DNA of 64,000 nt from Mercenaria mercenaria. Its lineage: Eukaryota. The stretch covers positions 64,220,221 to 64,284,220 of the forward strand of contig NC_069372.1 in NCBI RefSeq assembly GCF_021730395.1, in the 5' to 3' direction. Shown here piece after piece: positions 61,197 to 64,000 of this stretch. The notes below the pieces were generated by a model that was not told the DNA's origin, did no database searches, and worked only from the letters and a program-made list of their open reading frames with translations. The translations under genes were made by a program, and so were the position numbers. Position 1 is the first letter of the stretch. Each line of letters opens with the position of its first letter.

Positions 61197-62425
61197 CTGT
61201 AAAATCAGTAAGATATAATTATCACAACTACAACCAAAAAAACAATAAAAGCTTTGAAAAACAAACATATATGTCAAGGATAATCTCACACATGCAGTTG
61301 GCTTTCGTTGGTTAAAGTATGATTTAGCTATTGGTCGAAATCCCTTCCCTGACCTTTGACTTACTGGGTCCCAAAACTATAGGATCATCTTTTGATTACA
61401 TTCAATATTGTCTTCATCGAAATTTGATATTTTAAGATTCTTTTAAAGACCATCGTGCCTTGGAATTTTTGAGCTGTTGACGCCAAAAACTAGTTATCAT
61501 CTACTGAATACGATATTCCGTAAAGATCATTGGTATGCGAGACAGTGTGTAAATACGAAGTGAAAATGCTATGATACGATGCAATGTCATGATAATACAA
61601 TGTAAGAAACCATTTCTAGCATTGAAGTCACAAAGTACACAAAAAAGTACATCCACCAAACTTCTTACTGGTGACCTATGACTTTTATTGCATATCTTTG
61701 TTTCTTAGATGATTGTCCTTCAATATCCAAAGTTTGAAGAAATTCTGTTTTTGGGAAAAATTCCGCCTATCTCATTTACTGAGACTCTAGCGTACGCCTT
61801 TGAATAGGACTTTCTGAAAAATAAAACAATATCTCTAATCTCTGACGAGATAAGCCACAGTAAGGGGGCACAGAAGGAGGGAACGAGATTTTCTACTGGG
61901 CCTTAATTTGAATGGGAAATGTTTGATCTCAACAGACTTTGTGAGTCTAGTGCGATATATAACATCGCACTTAGTAACATCTAAAACAACAGTAAAAAAG
62001 AACAAATAACTTCCACAAGTACACAGACATGTTCCGGCCTTTGAAATAAACACCCAGTTTTATTTTAAAAAACAACAACAACAACAACAACAAAAATTTT
62101 TTTGATTGCATCCAGGAACCGACCTGAATTTGTAAACACTGGGTCTACGATTGATTAGTAATGGCTGGGAATAGCTATATAACTGAATGTAATTGCACTA
62201 TCACAATCTACAGGGTTAAGGGGTGAATCAAGGAGGACCATAACGGAATTTCTAGGCTGAAATTTGCAAACTTTCATGCCGCGGACATAAAATGTTGTGC
62301 CGCCCCTGAAGACACGACAAATCGGCAGGTTCCCAGGCGAAGAGGAAAACACTACATGTTAGAATTCAGCAACCATACATTGCAAGACTCATATTTATTG
62401 AAATATGATAAAGCTCATGAATTAC

Positions 62426-62527
62426 CAGTTTTTGTGTTGACATCAACCGCGAATTGACCAGCGGCCACTCCAGGTAACGGTGAATTAATGCTGTAGTGAA
62501 AGGAAACCAGGGATAAACCGTTGACAT
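62426..62527 (-). CDS. GH16 gene exon 2: (D)VNGLSLVSFHYSINSPLPGVAAGQFAVDVNTKT
   Basis: G[IL].LFAFHG.[IL]N......AG.[FW]..D[IV] pattern of betaGRP N-domains. Acceptor cgtttcag|at, donor actg|gtaatt. Confidence 0.65.
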
Positions 62528-62968
62528 CTGAAACGAAAGACACAAAATGTCAACTGTACTAAGCATTTTCTTTTTTAGATTTTTATTTGTCCTACACTGT
62601 GCAAAGCTAACACAGAACTTGAATTTGTCTTTTTATATTTCCATATTTCATTTAATTCACTAACGGTTATACATGTAGATTCGATTGGATACGGCCATCA
62701 GAAAAGCATGACATCTTGTAATTCGGCTCCCCATAAAGCTAAAACTCACAGTTGTATGGGATTGTCATTAACCACGAAGCAGATTCGAGTATAAAAAGCA
62801 CCCAATGTAGTCATACTTGACACCTTTTATATGTAGGGCCTATTTAAAATATTTCATAGCGGTTCCATAAGTGATGCCGCTTTATAGGAAGAAAGCAGGA
62901 AGTCCATTTAATCGAATTTTCGTCATAATTTGGTTAGTAAAGTATTTTGCTTCAAGCAGTTGCTTTAC

Positions 62969-63122
62969 CTGGAATGGCGAATCTGATTCCTTGCGGTTTC
63001 AGCATGCTGACTTTGGCATGTGGTGATGACGATGAACTGCCAAATTGCAAGCCCACGAAGCCAACTGAGGGTTTCACCATTAAGCAAACTACAACGAGCA
63101 CTAGCGCACCGAGTGAAGCCAT
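62969..63122 (-). CDS. GH16 gene exon 1: MASLGALVLVVVCLMVKPSVGFVGLQFGSSSSSPHAKVSMLKPQGIRFAIP (signal peptide + start of N-domain)
   Basis: A hydrophobic N-terminus follows the ATG at 63122..63120. The track ORF begins further upstream at 63224, but the signal-peptide logic favours this ATG. Donor ccag|gtaaag. Confidence 0.65.
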
Positions 63123-63349
63123 TGCTAGACTGCTACGCTTGAAAACACTTAAATAAAGATATACATTAGAACATTTCAAATCACTTGTCCTTCCTCTCTG
63201 TTGCACTTGGGGACTCCTAAACAAATATCTTCATGTATATATGGCTAGATACCCTAATGTCAAAATCTGGTCGTTTTAAATCCATGCAGCTGGGACGTTT
63301 TCAATATATGTTAGTTTAAACATATTTATTTTAGGTCGATTGTGAAGCA

Positions 63350-63560
63350 ATTTAAGTTCTATAACCTCGGCACCTCATTCCTGGTGGAATTTATCGCCAC
63401 GAGTGTATGAGAGAAGAGAAGCCAGTTTCCCCTTTAATGCTAAGTGCCAAGCAAGTGAACTATTGGTATACCACCTTTCACACCCGACCAGGGATCGAAC
63501 ACACGACCTCCCGAATTTGAAGCGGACGCTCTATTACTAGGCTATCGAGGCGGTTCAATC
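63350..63560 (-). mobile_element. tRNA-derived SINE on the minus strand (head gcctcgatagcctagtaatagagcg...ttcaaat...ggtcgtgtgttcgatccctgg; A-box-like TAGCCTAGTAAT, B-box GTTCGATCC; anticodon-loop remnant CAA)
   Basis: Manual parse of the reverse complement. The stems are degenerate, so this is not a functional tRNA. Confidence 0.5.
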
Positions 63561-64000
63561 CCTGTTAACTTCTGTACATGCGTCGGACAATATCCCCACA
63601 TGGGACAGAGGGATATGATAAATGACGGCGGAACTGAGACACCTAATTTTTAGTTAGTGTTGTATGGTTGTCGTTATATGTAGCATGAATAAGGTGACAC
63701 AGAGGTAAATGTTTTTCTCCTTAGAACTAAAAACAGTTAACTGATTACTTAATAGTAAGTTTAATTAATGCGAGCGCACTTCTATGTTTCATAGTTTTAC
63801 GGCGTTTTTTTTTCTTACGTTTTTCGAAGAATATATATTGTAATAAAAATCACAAAATATTCGAATAAAACTTCTATAGATTTAACCTGAATCTGTCGGC
63901 AAATTATTTTTTAACATTTTGATTTACGAAACATACATCAGCTTGAATTATACCCTCAGCATGTCTGTGGATACCCTCAGCGTGTCTGTGGATACCCTCA

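Noticed and set aside
63122-63224. Upstream extension of GH16 exon 1 to the ATG at 63224 (MFRSPQVQQRGRTSDLKCSNVYLYLSVFKRSSLA...)
   Set aside because: The extension is hydrophilic/basic and would bury the hydrophobic signal peptide MASLGALVLVVVCLMV internally. The ATG at 63122 gives a canonical secretory N-terminus. This cannot be excluded without 5' transcript data.
1-64000. Reading the window as a prokaryotic locus (operons, defence islands)
   Set aside because: The six-frame ORFs are short and fragmented, and the homology-bearing segments are separated by canonical GT-AG introns with polypyrimidine tracts. Abundant LINE/SINE/satellite content. No rRNA, RBS-coupled gene strings or CRISPR are present.

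Overview
This window is eukaryotic nuclear DNA, not prokaryotic. It contains GT-AG spliced multi-exon genes, several 5'-truncated non-LTR retrotransposon RT fragments, tRNA-derived SINEs, foldback/palindromic MITEs and very abundant tandem satellite arrays. The repeat types (aggtcaaggtcac-type satellites, ~165-bp 'ggggcataatt...' satellite carried inside non-autonomous elements) resemble bivalve mollusc genomes; that assignment is an inference. Three protein-coding loci are supported: (1) a 9-exon SLC22-family organic ion transporter on the + strand (37778..45720); (2) a 12-exon GH16 beta-1,3-glucanase / beta-glucan-binding (LGBP-like) gene on the - strand (63122..54588) with signal peptide, a betaGRP-like N-domain, a 143-aa Thr/Ser/Gly-rich linker and an intact E-I-D-I-V-E catalytic motif; (3) one exon of a selenoprotein-H-like gene on the - strand (12722..12563) with an in-frame TGA in a CxxU motif, which the ORF track misses because it treats TGA as a stop. 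Roughly the first 36 kb is an accessory-type repeat landscape. It holds at least five copies of a composite element family with conserved termini and different internal satellite arrays, two nested pairs of inverted repeat blocks (A/A' and B/B') bracketing ~20 kb, LINE fragments in convergent and nested arrangements, and a tRNA-Thr-like sequence embedded in an inverted repeat. A 210-bp GC-rich structured island sits inside an AT-rich intron of the transporter gene. No CRISPR array, rRNA or bacterial-type operon is present.
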